64,000 nt of DNA from Callorhinchus milii (Eukaryota), in assembly GCF_018977255.1 (NCBI RefSeq), contig NW_024704742.1, positions 108,068,001 to 108,132,000 on the forward strand, given 5' to 3'. Positions within the stretch are counted from its first letter, which is position 1. Every line of letters starts with the position of its first letter. A model generated the notes under the pieces. It did no database searches, had not been told where the DNA came from, and worked only from the letters and a program-made list of their open reading frames with translations. The position numbers were made by a program, and so were the translations under genes. Of the stretch, positions 13,951-27,221 are shown piece after piece.

Positions 13951-14339
13951 TTTTCATATGTATGTTATGTGCAGTGAAATTTGTTTAATTGAAGACTGGA
14001 TATGCAAATATATTTCAGTTTATTGAATAATTTTTTGCGTGATCATTCATATAAAAAACAATTAATCTGAGTATGGATTAACACGTAGTCCAAAATCATT
14101 CCTTCTACAGTATAGTGTGAAAGTCGCCAGTAATCTCTCACTCCCCAAAGAAGTCATTGGCAAATCATCGGTTAGCCACATGTGAGTGAGGATGATCTAA
14201 TTGGTTGTGGAGAGCGTTTCTGGCTATGGTGTAGTTGGAAGCCGCGAAGCTCAAGCTCCGGGAGATGAGTCTCCTCTAATTTTTATGTTATATGAATAAT
14301 TTGGTGTATTGAATAATTTTTGTTGTTAAATTGGGTGTT

Positions 14340-15185
14340 CAGTGTTTTACTGTATAGCAATGGGCAATTATATTAATAATACAGTACTTGCATTTGATAT
14401 TATGCCTTACCATATTGTCCTGAAGTGCTTTACTGTAAAGTGTAGTGTCTCTATTTGTGGGCGAATACACCAATAAAACAGCAACAGCATGAAGTGAATG
14501 ACCAATTAAATCATAATTTAGCTTAACCACTAACACTTTATTTGAGATATTAAACTGAGGTTGTGTCCTCCTATTCAAATGGATGTTAAAGATAAGTAAT
14601 AATAATCCTTGCATTTGATATAGTGCCTTATCACAACTTCGAGACGTCTCAAAGCTCTTCTCACAGAATATACTGTAAAGTGAATTAATTGACTATAAAT
14701 TTTGTGGGCGAAATGCGGCAGCCAATTGTGCATAGCAGTCCCACCACAGACGTCAATTGAATAGGAGTAAGGAAACTTGCCTAAGGTTTCGCCCCCAAAT
14801 TATGTATTTAATTATGATTAAAGATCCCATGACACTATTCAAAAAGAGAAGGCAGTTTCTCCAAACATCCAAGCCAAATAAAATTGGCCATTCATTTCAT
14901 AACTGCTGTGTGCAAATGGGCTCCCCATTCACTTACAAATAATAATAATAATAAATAATCCTTGTATTTGATATAGCGCTTTTCACAGCTTCTAGATGTC
15001 TCAAAGCGCTTCACGGAATAGACTATAAAGTAAATTGACTGTATATTTGTGGGCGAAAGCGTCAGCCAATTGCACATAGCAGTGTCCCACAAACACTCGT
15101 GGATTGAAGTGACCAAATAAGCAGTCACTACACTTCACAGTATATCCTGTGAAGAGCTTTGAGACATCTTCACGGCATGAAATTA
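14340..15185. mobile_element. Cluster of truncated SINE fragments (young SINE 3' halves at about 14600-14760 and 14940-15120 on minus, plus Deu-SINE pieces)
   Basis: Repeated aataatccttgcatttgatatag, cagccaattgcacatagcag and taaagatcccatgacactattc motifs. Confidence 0.8.
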
Positions 15186-15477
15186 CCTTGTGGTAATTAC
15201 TGCATTGTGAAATTCCATAAATTTCATCCTTGCATGCATCAACATATCTTTAACTATTGATCTTTTATTACTGTTTGCCTTGCAAGGTACATCATCTTAA
15301 GTGTATAACCTTCAAATATAATTGCATTATAGAAAAGGTTGCCTCAATGGCAATTATGACCGATCAATCACCAGTGGAAGATTACTGTATAGGATCAGTG
15401 TTATTTTTTTAGCAAAGAAATATACCATTCTGAATTTGGGTCAAATTGGAAAAACAGGAGTCTTATTTAGTTACTAG

Positions 15478-15805
15478 TGTCAGTCTGGCTCAGTTGGCAG
15501 GACTCTCGTCTTTGAGTCAGAAGATTGTGGCTTCAAGCCCCATGTAGGGACTGGGAAATGATATAGTCTTACTGATACTCCAATGCAGTGCTGGGGATGT
15601 GCAGCTGAGGTGCTGTCCTTTGGATGAGACTTTAAACCATGGTCCCATGCCTGTGCAGATGGATAATAAAGAGCCCACATCCTATTCAAAAAGAGAAGGG
15701 TGTTCCTCCATTGCTATGCGCAAATTGTCTGCTATGTTCGCCTACACAGCATGTAGTCACTGCAGTTATGGTGTATTCTGTGAAGTGATTTGGGATGTCC
15801 TACCA
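15478..15805 (+). mobile_element. Older tRNA-headed Deu-domain SINE (SacSINE1/AmnSINE-like)
   Basis: Head tggctcagttggcaggactctcgtctttgagtcagaag..ggcttcaagccc; Deu-like core ggtgctgtcctttggatgagactttaaacc; L2-like tail. Confidence 0.75.
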
Positions 15806-16139
15806 AGAGCCAGTAGAGCGGAGGCAGTGGGTAGTTGCTGTGAGGAGAGAGGAGGTTGGAGGGTTTGCCGAGGTGTGGAGGGATTTAAACACTAGAGTGA
15901 GGAGAGGATCTGCTCCATTTTGCATGTTTTTTCTCCACTTTAGCTCCCATACCACCTATCAACAACTGCTTGCATTTATATAAGGCCCTTCACATTGGAA
16001 GACTTCATGGGAATGGGGTTCAGTGGCAATCCAAGGAGAGGGTGGAGAGGGGGTAGGGGAAGAGGGAGGTAGTTTGTCCACAAGATTGTCTGTCACAAGA
16101 TAACTCGGCCTGATTTTTTCCTATCACTCCTTTATTTTT

Positions 16140-16955
16140 AGGTCTTGATTGGCTCCTGTCAGCGCTTCCACACCTCAGGCACACTGGATGCACACTCCAC
16201 CTTACTAAGCCAGTCCAGAACCTTGGTGTCTTGTTTGACTATCAACTACCTTTCCGTGCCATGACACGTTCGACCTTGCCCCACCTCCACAACATTGCCC
16301 GACTCCACCACTGTCTCACACCGCAGGTCGCCGAAACCCTCATACACGCATTCATAACATCGAGGCTTGACTATGCAAACTCCTTGTTTGTCGGTCTCCC
16401 CAACTCCTCCCTCCATAAGCTGCAGATCATCCAGAACTCTGTAGACTGTGTCCTCTCCCGCACCAGGCTCTGACCCTATCACCCCCATCCTTGCCCAATT
16501 CATCTGGCTTCCCATCACACAGAGCATACAGTTCAAGATCCTGGTCCTCACTTTCAAAGCCCTCCATGGCCTCACTCCCCCCTATCTCTGTGACCTCCTA
16601 ACCCCCAACCATCCTGCCCTCTCCCTCCACTCAGCGGTCTCTGGCCTATTTCACGTCCCCCGCCTCACCCGCCCCATCATTGGCGGGTGGGCCTTCAGCA
16701 ACTCTGCCTCCACCCTCTGGAACTCCATCCCGCAGCCCCTCCACCTTGCCCCCTCTCTTGCCTCCTTCAAGACCCATACCAAGACCCTCCGCTTTGACCG
16801 TGCTTTTGATTACCCTGCTTCCCCCACCCCTCCAACCCCGCCCTCCACCCTCCCCAATCCTGACCCCCAGCTCAGGTCTGAAACATTGACTGTCCAGCAC
16901 TTTGGGACATTCTACTGACATGAAAGGCGTTTCACAAATATAATTTTGTTGTTGT
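16140..16955 (+). mobile_element. L2 LINE, 5'-truncated ORF2 C-terminus and tail
   Basis: ETLIHAFITSRLDYANSL and IQFKILVLTFKALHGLTPPYL motifs; tail ending aattttgttgttgtt. Confidence 0.93.
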
Positions 16956-18007
16956 TTATGCGGTCCTGGCAGTAAGATACATCCAACTCTTTATTTCCTC
17001 TTTCATGCATCTGCATACACAAATTGAAAACAAGCAGAATAGAATTTGTAACACGTTGATCTTCTTAACTAATATTTTCCATATTATCTTCCTGTAGTAA
17101 TCCAGCTAGATAATCTGAAGACTGAGTGAGTGTGCAATATCCCTCGGATGAAACCATAATGATTCTTCAGTCTAAGACATTAGTTGTAAGACAAGAGCCA
17201 AACCTCCATGAAACAGGAGAAAGGATTCACTTGACTCGGCCTTTGGAATTATAAAACACTTTCACAGAACCAATCTTGAAATGCTGCCAACAAATCCAAC
17301 TAATGAAACATTGTCATAATCAAAAGTGATATGCCAGCCTTCATAGCAGTAAGTATCCAGGACGGTTTAAGCCAGACGGAGCTAATGGGTGGACCTAGGA
17401 CTTTCCTTAGATCAGGATGCACTATCTGCTAATGATGAGCAGTGCCTTGATGATGCTTCCCTTCTTCAGCAACTCAAATAGAGGTTTAGGAGACATTAAA
17501 GAATGTCCAGGGCAACCTTATACCTCTGCTATGAAGAATTGCACATAACAAGATTATGAGAGATTCAGATGAAACTGATCCCTCAGCCCATTTGATTTCT
17601 GCCCTACCCTTTTCCCATTATAACAACATGCTGCTCCATTGTTTCAGAGCACAACTGTAACACAATAAAAATTAAATTAAAATTCAATTTAATTAAAAAA
17701 ATATTTGGCGTGAAAGAATTATTTTGCAATGTTTTTGTTCTGTGATGCAACGTGCACAACACAGCATTAGAAATTATGTCAAAATCACCCTGTATTTTTC
17801 TGCATTATACAAACAATTTAACAGAACCTGTTTAGTGGGTTGGAAAGTTCTATTATAAATGAACACCATTAACATTTTGAAACTCACAGATTTACAGATC
17901 AGCAGAAAAACACTGCTATAGTCTCAACTAAATGTTATTGAGCAACTGCATTATGATACAACATGTAACAGGAACACATTTGTTCTGTGCTACGCTCTGC
18001 TTTACCA

Positions 18008-18420
18008 AATAATCCTTGCATTTAATAGTCTTATCACATCATTGAAACATCTCAAACTGCTTCACAGGATTTACGGTAAAGTGTCGTGACTGTGCATTTG
18101 TAGGCAAATGCGACAACCAATTGATCACAGTAATATCCCACGAACAGCCATGGAGAGAATCAACAACTTTTTTTTATCTGGGTGATTGTTGGCGGGGACA
18201 CCAGGAGAAACTCTCCTCTTTTCAAGTTGTGCCCTGGAATCTTTAATAGACATAGACAGGACCTTAGTTTAACATCTCATCTGAAGGACAGCGTCTCTGA
18301 CAATGCAGCGCTCTCCTAGTGTTGCACTGGAATATGAGTGAGGGTTGGCTATGAGTACAAAATCCTGACATGGGGCTTGAACCCACAACCTACTGATTCG
18401 GAGGCAAGAATGCTACCATG
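18008..18420 (-). mobile_element. Deu-domain SINE, near full length
   Basis: Reverse complement of the core (gtttaacatctcatctgaaggacagc) and head (ggcttgaacccacaacc..gaggcaagaatgctacc). Confidence 0.75.
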
Positions 18421-19449
18421 CTGTAACTAAGAATAATACAATACTTTTTGAATGAAGCTTTAGGTGGTGAAAAATGTGATTTCGATCATTTTGACTAGTA
18501 ATTATCGTTCAGATCACAAGTAATAATTTTTTCATCCACTTCGTGTTCAAAATTGTCTTTCCCCTCTCCCCTATGATAAGCGGTTAAAACATCAGGTGTT
18601 GGAAAATATTAAAAGTGGTATCTACTGTTCAACAACATTTCACATGAGGTATAGAACCAGTTTTGCAAATGGTTCATTTAAAAAACTCTGCAGAGGAATT
18701 ATACAGTTAATTATATTACACAAAGCAGCCTTATGTTCAGGTTTGAAACAGTCAAGGAACTCAATTTCAGATTTATAATGTTAGGTAGCTATTAATTATT
18801 CTCCAAATTGAAATCTTGAACCAAATGATCTGGAATTTTTCAGTTAATTTGCTAATCTGTGCAGTAACTCCATGAATAATATTCTGAATAACAACCTCTT
18901 TGACCTATTTTTGTATATATAATTTATATGTGAGGTTAATAATGCTGGGATTCATGTTTTATAAATTGTTCTTGCATCATCACCTATAGTTGATCACATG
19001 ATTTGGAAATCTTATTCTGGCTCCATGGAACACATTGAATTACATACTCAAATATGGATTGATCTACACTGCTCTTCAAAGTTTGCTACAGCAATGCAAA
19101 ACATATATTAAACTGCATATACTAAAAGTGCATAAGTCTGTTAATGTGCTATGAAAAGTGCAACTAAACTAGCTTACTTTTAGGAATGCAATGGGTCAGA
19201 AGAGACTATTCATTGTGGTCTGGTTCTAAATATAGAAAAATTCCATGGGGTGAAAATTGCAATGTTTCTCAACATGTTCTCTGGGGTAAAGTTCCTTGAG
19301 TTACCTAACACCAAGGAACATGTTATGAAACACCGTAAACCTTACCCCAATGTATAGATTATTTTAAGAAACATTACAAGATTGGTTTGCATAAAGAAGG
19401 CACTTCAGGCCATCCAATCTTATTCTTCCAGAACGCCCACCCTATAACA

Positions 19450-19590
19450 CTTCTGTACGCAATTGGCTGCTGTGTTTCGCCCACAAAATATACAGTCAGT
19501 TCACACTTTTCAGTATATTCTGTGAAGCCCTTTGAGATGTCTTGAAGACGTGAAAAGACGCTATATCAAATGCAAGGATATTATTATTAT
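19450..19590 (+). mobile_element. SINE 3' half
   Basis: cgcaattggctgctgtgtttcgcccacaaaat..gctatatcaaatgcaaggatattattatt. Confidence 0.8.
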
Positions 19591-21593
19591 GAATGTGCCT
19601 TTTAGCTCAGTGAATTTCTGGGTCAAAATGTGGTAAATTCCCATTCTAGGGAATCCTACCTTAGGACTTTAAATCCGGGCTTATATGCCAATGCTAAACA
19701 CCATGGTGTCAGATATTCCCTCATTTGGAAAAAAGTATTAAACTGAGGTAGATAGTAACAATTTCATCATACTATTCAGAAAGAGAAAGATATTTCTCCC
19801 AGTGTCCTATATTCCTCTGGATTATAAATTCATTCACCCATGGTTGTTTGTGGGTCCTTGATGGTGCAAGTAGTCCAAAGTAATTCTTTATTTGAAGACA
19901 TTCGATCATGTGACTTCCATAATCAGAAGACCTAATGAAGGGCATTAAATGGAGTCCGTTTAGATTAGCATTCGTCAGCTGTTTTCCTATGTTGTGTACA
20001 GTTATTTAAAGCTTTAAAGCCCTAAAACTAAAACCCAACACATCTGAAAGTGAAATGGATCCAAACAAAGAGTATTTTTTTTTCCAATATGATTTCCTGA
20101 ATCGCGTGTTATGTGTGCAGAAGGTTTTGATTATTTCATTGCCTGCTGGTAATCTCATTAGTTCAGCGAGTGACATTGGAAATCAATAGATGAGAGGCTA
20201 TTGTCCATTGACATCACAAAGCATCGGCTATTATTGAGTCCACGACTATAATAAAGCAAATATTGACTGCAGTTTTGGAGATGCAGGGTAAACCATTCCC
20301 AATCGAGTTACAGAGCTGACCTCAACAATGCATTGATGCCCTTAGTGTTCTAACACACTCTTTTGTCGCTTCTGTAACCTTTGGGTCAATAGTTTGCTGC
20401 TATATTCTTCAACTGCAGTCAATATTTGTACAGTATTGATTACTCGGGAATGCTACAGCCTATGCTGTTGTCATAGAACTTAATGTGATCTCCGTTACAA
20501 TATCAAGCTTTCTTACAGGAATAAATCTGTAGCAGAAACATTTTAACAAAGTCAGCTCTGATTTCAGCAATGAACCAGTGCCAACAAAATATTCCCAGTC
20601 CTTCCTATTATGACTGTTTTTTTAGAGCAAGGTAGAGTTAGAATTTAAGATCTTGGATCTGCAGAACAGAACAGAATCTCAAAATCGCAATTTGATATTA
20701 CGCCCAAAATGTGGTATTGCTGTGTTTAATAATTTGGAAACAGCAGGAGGCTCAGGTACATCAGCTAAAGGTGTTCATGCTGGCTTCAATCTCTTAATAG
20801 TGAGTGTTAAACAGCTTGCAGCCTGCAATGGAAACAGATACAGCACTGTTTAAAAGATATTCCTGCTGAGGCACATCCCTTAACAGCCTGTGTGTCAGCA
20901 GATTGAAGCAGCCAGAAGCATTTTAAACCTCGAGCTCCATTTTATATGGGCTATCAAAATCAAGCTCTGAGCCCCTTCTGATTCATTTGCACAGCTTCCT
21001 GGCAATAGTGTCATTTAAATATTAATAGGCGTTGTTGATGTTATGGTGGTATTCAGGCAGTTCTAGCCCCTTCTTTGGCAACTGTGGAAGAGCTGAGCTA
21101 CACCAAAGAATCTATTTTGTCAGATGTTTTCATTTTGATCTTTTTTATACCAACCAGAACGAAAATAATTTGTAAACCAGACACGATCAACTGACTCAAT
21201 AAACCATTGGGCTTTCCATTAGCAAGTCAGTTTACCATGGTGACAAAACCCACTTAAAATGAATGTTTGGTGTGATTTCTGCTGCCGCACTATCTGTTAA
21301 AATGCCGGGGAGTAATTGCCTGCCACCCAGAGTGAAATTGAGCCTTAGGGCTGTTGTCCTTGATATTTCGTATTCAGCACAAATTGCTATTTAATTTGCA
21401 GTCTTGTTCTTTGAATCCAAAAGAATGACTGGTGGGAGGAAGTGGGGGTGAAACATTCACATTGCTGCAATAGATTACATTGGGTTTGGTTTCCAGGACA
21501 TTGTTGCTGCATAGTAAAAGCATTTATATGTGCGGTGAAGGTGGTGGGAATGAACGTAATAGGAATACCATCCAAGTGGAGGCACTTATTACG

Positions 21594-21910
21594 ATAATAA
21601 TAATAATAATACTATTCCTTGCATTTGATATGGTTCCTATAACATCAAAACATCTCCAAGTGTTCCACAGGTAATTGCTGAACAATGTAATGATTGTATT
21701 TTGGAGATGAATGTGACAGCCAATATGTGCACCCACAATGTGCAAGAAACACAATGAGGTGCATGATTGATATTATCTGGGAGATTCTCCGGCACCAGGA
21801 GAAACTCCCTTCTCTTTTGAAATAGTGCCACCGGATCTTTATCATTCACCTGGACAGGCAGACGGGACCTCAGTTTAACATCTCATTTGAAGGATGCAAC
21901 ACTGCCCAAC
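21594..21910 (-). mobile_element. Deu-domain SINE fragment
   Basis: (TAA)n tail followed by aatagtgccaccggatctttatcattcacctg and cctcagtttaacatctcatttgaagga. Confidence 0.7.
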
Positions 21911-24900
21911 ACTGTAAGGTGGATGCATAGAATTCTGAGCTTGGTTTAGATACTCTTAAGCATGGCGATCGGTTTGCGCATGTGTCAGACAACCAGCTGA
22001 CCAAAAAAAATCACTATACTGAAGTGTAAGTCAAGTGTAGTGTTGAGGAGTGGAGAGCTCCTTTTCCTACCATCGGAACCTTTAGTTACCTAAATTACCT
22101 ATTGTGAATATGTATGGATTTTGGTGTCATCACTTTCTGCGTAATGATACATATGCAGAATGATGCCATGTAAGTGATAATATCTGAATTTTTCGATCAT
22201 TTCCCGCAACAGTTCTTCAGAACAAAGTTGAAACTGATGCTAACCTCCTGCTACGTGACCACACATGCCTTTTTGCCAGCTGTTCTCATATTGGTGCCGA
22301 CTCAAAGTGGTCTCTGGAACGATTGCATAGAATCATAGAATTTTTTAGCACAGAAGGAAGTCATTCAGCTCAGTGTTCCTGTAAGACCTTTTGGTTTAGC
22401 TGAACTTGCCTATGTTTCCCCCAAACTTGTTTATATTATTCCTCTTCAGATATTTTTCTGTCATTTTTAAAACCAATTATGGATTCTGCTTCAACCATTG
22501 ATTTTCGTTAGACATTTGCTTTGATCATCCAGGTGTTTGACACGCTGTAGAAAACTATCACCATGTATGTGTAAGGGCATCCAAACCAAACTACAGCAGC
22601 TGCTCATTGTAGTACATTTTGTTAAAACACAGTTTTGCTTATAATACAAACATGGTTATTATTATGGATCCCAAAAAGCTTTGAGATGTGCTCCTAACAT
22701 GAAAGGTTCTATATAAATGTAAATTGTGTATTACCTATGATGAATATTGTGATACTAACCTTGAAGAATGCATAGAGGCACGATCTAGGAATTAATCCCC
22801 AACATTTTGAAACATCTGGTGACCAAAATGTCTTGTATTCTTAGGCTTAAAACCAGTTACTTAAAACTATGTGGATTAAAAAAAGCACACTAGAAATTGC
22901 CTTCCAAATTGAGATTGATTTTAAGTTTGTTTCCAAACTTTCCACCATCATAAATTTTAAGACAATGAACATGTTCTTAAGAATGTAAGACACTTTGGGC
23001 CCTGGATGTATTCATTTCATTTCATGTGCTCCATGTATGGCACTCTGCATACACTACACACATTTTGCTGGCTGTCTTTTAAAGAGGGCATTTCAGAAAA
23101 TGTTGAATATCTGTATTACAGATTGTCATTATGACAAAGCTTGGCAGATGCTGTCAGATTTTTTTTAGAAAGTCTTTACTACATGATTTCTTTGCTCAGA
23201 TAAAAAGATCCTTCCTGTGAAAAGTCGGTTTGCTATGAGAAATGTCTTATTGAAAATGTCCAAAGGATTACATTAGCAATTTAACATTAGTCAACCTCCC
23301 CACCAAGCAGCTGGATAAAATCTCTCACAAATACATCATACGTTTCACTGTACAAAATCTGTAACCGCAGAGGTGTGCGTTGAAAGCTTTACTACTACAT
23401 CAATTAATTTCTGCAATGGAAGCGCTTGTGCTTTGCAATGCAATACTGGGTGAAAGCAGGAGGGTTTATGCCCTCAGCATTCTCACATTGGGCCGTGTGA
23501 TCATCAAGTTTGCATTGTTTGGAAGGTTGCCAGTCAAGGCTGAGTGTTTTCTGTGCTCTGGATTATTGTCCAGAGAAAGTTTACGTTTCTAGTTTCCACC
23601 AGTAGTTTCTGCCACGTTCCTAGTCTGAGAACAAAATGGAACAAAAATAACCTCGAGCAATTGCAAAAAATTGTCCAATTACTGTTTGATTGACATGAGG
23701 CGCTGCTTTCTGATCTGAGGCTTAACAAACCTTTTCCACATTAGAGAGTCTGCACACAAACAGTCACTGGCCCCTGACAGGATCACAAGCTGGGGAACGC
23801 TGTGAGAATCCAGGGCTTTTTTTGTGTGTGCGTGGCAGGTGTCCAATGATTTCACATTTCTAAACTTTTTTTACGTTAAGTATCAGCTCACAGGTGCAGA
23901 CTGTTTTTTTTAAAGAAATTGTAAAGCATCCTTGTTGATCATTAGTCTCACAGAGGTCTGACAGATCATTCCAAGCTTTTCGGGGGAGGGGGAGGAGAGA
24001 GAGAGAGTCTAAAAAGACTGGGTGGGATTATGCTTTAGCTATTGTTCATCTGAAAGCAGATGGTTCTTGCCTTCCAGCCCCACACAGAGTCAGTTCAGCT
24101 GTTGACCACAATCTGTTTCTACTAAACAGGATTTTTAATTGGCACAATAGTTCCTAATTAAAACAAAGTATAAAATCAGGCACCCCATTCTTACTTAAGT
24201 ATAGTGGCATCTTTTGGGAAATAATTTTGCAGGCTGGTTATATAACAATCTTTGTATTGAATCAATAATAAAGCCTTTAGCAGAATTCCACACATCAGCG
24301 TACCAGTCCAGCTACCCCTATCCTTTAAGGTTTGGGCTTGCAGTGTTGAGGACATGTATGCACCTCCAGGTCTATCTTGTGTTACGTCAAACTTGTCAGT
24401 GTCTTCTCTGAGCCAGGTCAACCCTAGTGAGGCCTCACTGAAGTTCTTCCCCTACCCATGATATTTTTGGATGTCGTATTCATTTTATTGCCTTTAAAAG
24501 GGTGAAATGCTGAGCAAACCTACCAGAATTTGACTCCGAGCTAGTGTTTGTAAATCCAAAGCACAACTAACTGAGCTGCACAGGGTAATGCAATATTATT
24601 TAGAAACTCATTAAGTGTAAGAGAAACAGTAGAAGCACATCTCAAAGTAGTAAATCTCATTTCATTCAGGAGCAATACAGCTGTAGTATAATTGCAACTT
24701 TTTAAAATAAAATATTGCAAGCCTAAATATGTTCTTGATATGTTAGTTTTAATATTAACAAAGGGACAAGAGTCTGCCTGGGATCCCAGTTATCACGTGG
24801 AATGTTACAAGTTTTCAGAACTGCATGTGCGTGTATGTCTGGGTGTGGGCAGACCCGCAATTCTTAAACAGAGTGTGAGGTGGACTCAATAGGGTAAAAT

Positions 24901-25269
24901 TTGTATCATTATTTGAAGTAATCTTAACTTATTTAAGGAACTCTTTAAGGGACACCATCAGGTGGCATTACCCTTCAGATAAATAGTTTGTTTCTCTCAG
25001 TAACCTAATGTTACTATTTTCTTTGACCTTGTGGCAAAGTCTTTTATTGAAGTATCAACTCAGATATACGGGTTCCAACTCCCAACATGGTGCTTGAACC
25101 CACAACCTTCTGACTCGGAGGCAAGAGTGGTACCACCAGAGCCAGGCTGATGCACAAATTACCCTCTGAGTAAAGAAAAAAATGTCCTGGTATCTTTCCA
25201 AAAATTGCCCTTTGTAACTCTAAAGCTATGTCCTCTTGTCCTACCATTTTTGGTACATCCTAAAGCATT

Positions 25270-25540
25270 GTTTTGCGTTTACTTTTTCAACTCCATTTAA
25301 AAATTGATAAAGCTCTATAAGTTCTCTCTTGTTGCCTTCTTTTGAGACTGAAGAGCTGTATAGTTGATATAAAATCGCTGCTCATAGCTCATTCTTCTTA
25401 CAGGATGATTCCCATTGCTCATCGCTCCACTACCTTCAGTGCCTGGACAGCCACCTTATGTTGCAGTGACCAGAACTGTACGCAATACTTTAGATGTAGC
25501 CCGAGTGGAGCATGAAATAGCTTGATTATGACATCTGGGA
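25270..25540 (-). mobile_element. Old CR1 fragment
   Basis: LHLKYCVQFWS..ALKVVER in ORF 25419-25619. Confidence 0.65.
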
Positions 25541-25849
25541 ATCTAAACTCATGTAATGATTGTTTGTTGCAGGCAAATGTGGCAGTCATATTGCACATAA
25601 AGTCCCACCAAATAGCCATGAGGTGAATGGTCAGTTAATCCGGAAGTAGGATTGGTGGCCAGGTTCTTATCTGACCTGCATTCAACAGGTCCCCATTCAA
25701 CTTGCAAGCACATGATTTTTGATTGACAATTCCAGGTGCAATTATTTCTTGAAATTGCAGTTCCTTTGCAGGAAAATGTTGCCTTGCAAAATGTACAATT
25801 TGCAGCTTGAGGCGTCTCACCCTTAGGAAAATAAATCACATTTTTGTAT

Positions 25850-26170
25850 ACATTGACAGCAGCAGCCAATCTTTACTGCAATGAATGGAAAATGTATTTC
25901 TGGTGCAAGGAGACTGAAAAAAATAATTAACCAGTGATGGACAAAGAGGCTGATTTTGCCACTATTTTGCAGTGGTCGGTAAGATTTTCACTAAACGCAC
26001 ATGGAACAAATGTTTTATTCAGTTGTTTGCATGCCTGTTCTGTCAATGGCACCAGTGGATTAATAGAGGGCTTTTTCCGTATTAGTGTTTTAAGTAAAGT
26101 CCCAAAATTGGCTGCTCTGAAAATAGCCGCTAAAATATTGTTTGGCACCTATTAGCAGTGCTGCTTCATT
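25850..26170 (-). repeat. Probable MER121-like ancient repeat / conserved non-coding element
   Basis: Minus strand reads ccaaacaatattttagcggctattttcagagcagccaattttggg..aataaaacatttgttccatgtgcgtttagtgaaaatcttaccgacc, which resembles the MER121 consensus as I remember it; weak internal palindromy; not verified by alignment. Confidence 0.6.
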
Positions 26171-26275
26171 CTTGTCCTATTGTGACATAAGTGCACATGA
26201 TTTCAATACGCTTTTAGCTTAGATTGCATATATTTTAATGAACAAACACCTCACAGAGGCATGCACATACAATAC

Positions 26276-26596
26276 TGTAGTGGGCACGTCGGGGAACAAG
26301 CACTCAATGCCAGATACAGTTGATGAAGAAATAAATTGGTTTTATTAAACCAAATGCAATAAATCAGCAGCAATCACAGGAAGCTGGCAATGTAGAAGTA
26401 ACACCAGCACCCTTGATGTTCATCCCCAGACTCTCGACTCTGTCGGCCTCCTTTATTAGCATCTAGCCTCATGGACCTGTTAGCATGCTGGTTACACCTC
26501 TCTAATATTGGGATGCCACTAATGACCTTGGTACCATTCCCACAGATCAGCGGACACACCATCTAAACTCCAATCAGGCCTTACAAGCACGTTACA
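26276..26596 (-). mobile_element. Solo LTR (321 bp), Gypsy-like based on 4-bp TSD
   Basis: Termini tgtagtg...cgttaca (TG..CA, imperfect inverted), flanked by atac at 26272-26275 and 26597-26600; AATAAA on minus near 26341-26346. Confidence 0.75.
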
Positions 26597-27221
26597 ATAC
26601 ACTGGAGCTCCAAGCATTCTGCACTACCCAGTCATATACACAAACCCTCAGGGTGGGCATTCTCCATGGGTAGAGAAGAAGCATCTAACTGGAATTTACC
26701 GCAATGTTCATTGCTGAACAGGATTGAGAACTGTTTATATGGATTATTCTCTTATTTGCCATGTTGCCTGTCTTGCTTTACCTTACTAGATATTTTATTT
26801 TCAGATATACCAAAGCAGCAGGATAAAGGGCACAAGGATGTTCAAAAGGGAAATGGATGGATAGAACTAAGGCATAGGAATCCGGATTAAGAGAACTGCC
26901 ATAATTTAATAAAAAACAGGGCTGATAATCTGAGTCGCCTCCTCCTGTTCCAATGTTACTATCCACAGCAGAATAATGTAGGTGTTTCATTAGTGTAACA
27001 ATTATTACGCCCGTTGGAACGTTAATGACTGGTTCATTTCAGAGGGGAATTTCAACTTGCTACTACTTTTTGTACTGTACTTGTAAAGTTAGTTTTTTTG
27101 GTCAGCTTGGTGTCTGACCCATGTGGAAACCCATCACCATGATTAATATCATCCAACCCGGACTGAGAGTTCCTCAGATGTTTGCTGCCCATTTGTGAAC
27201 ATTCTCGGGTATTTGAAATTG

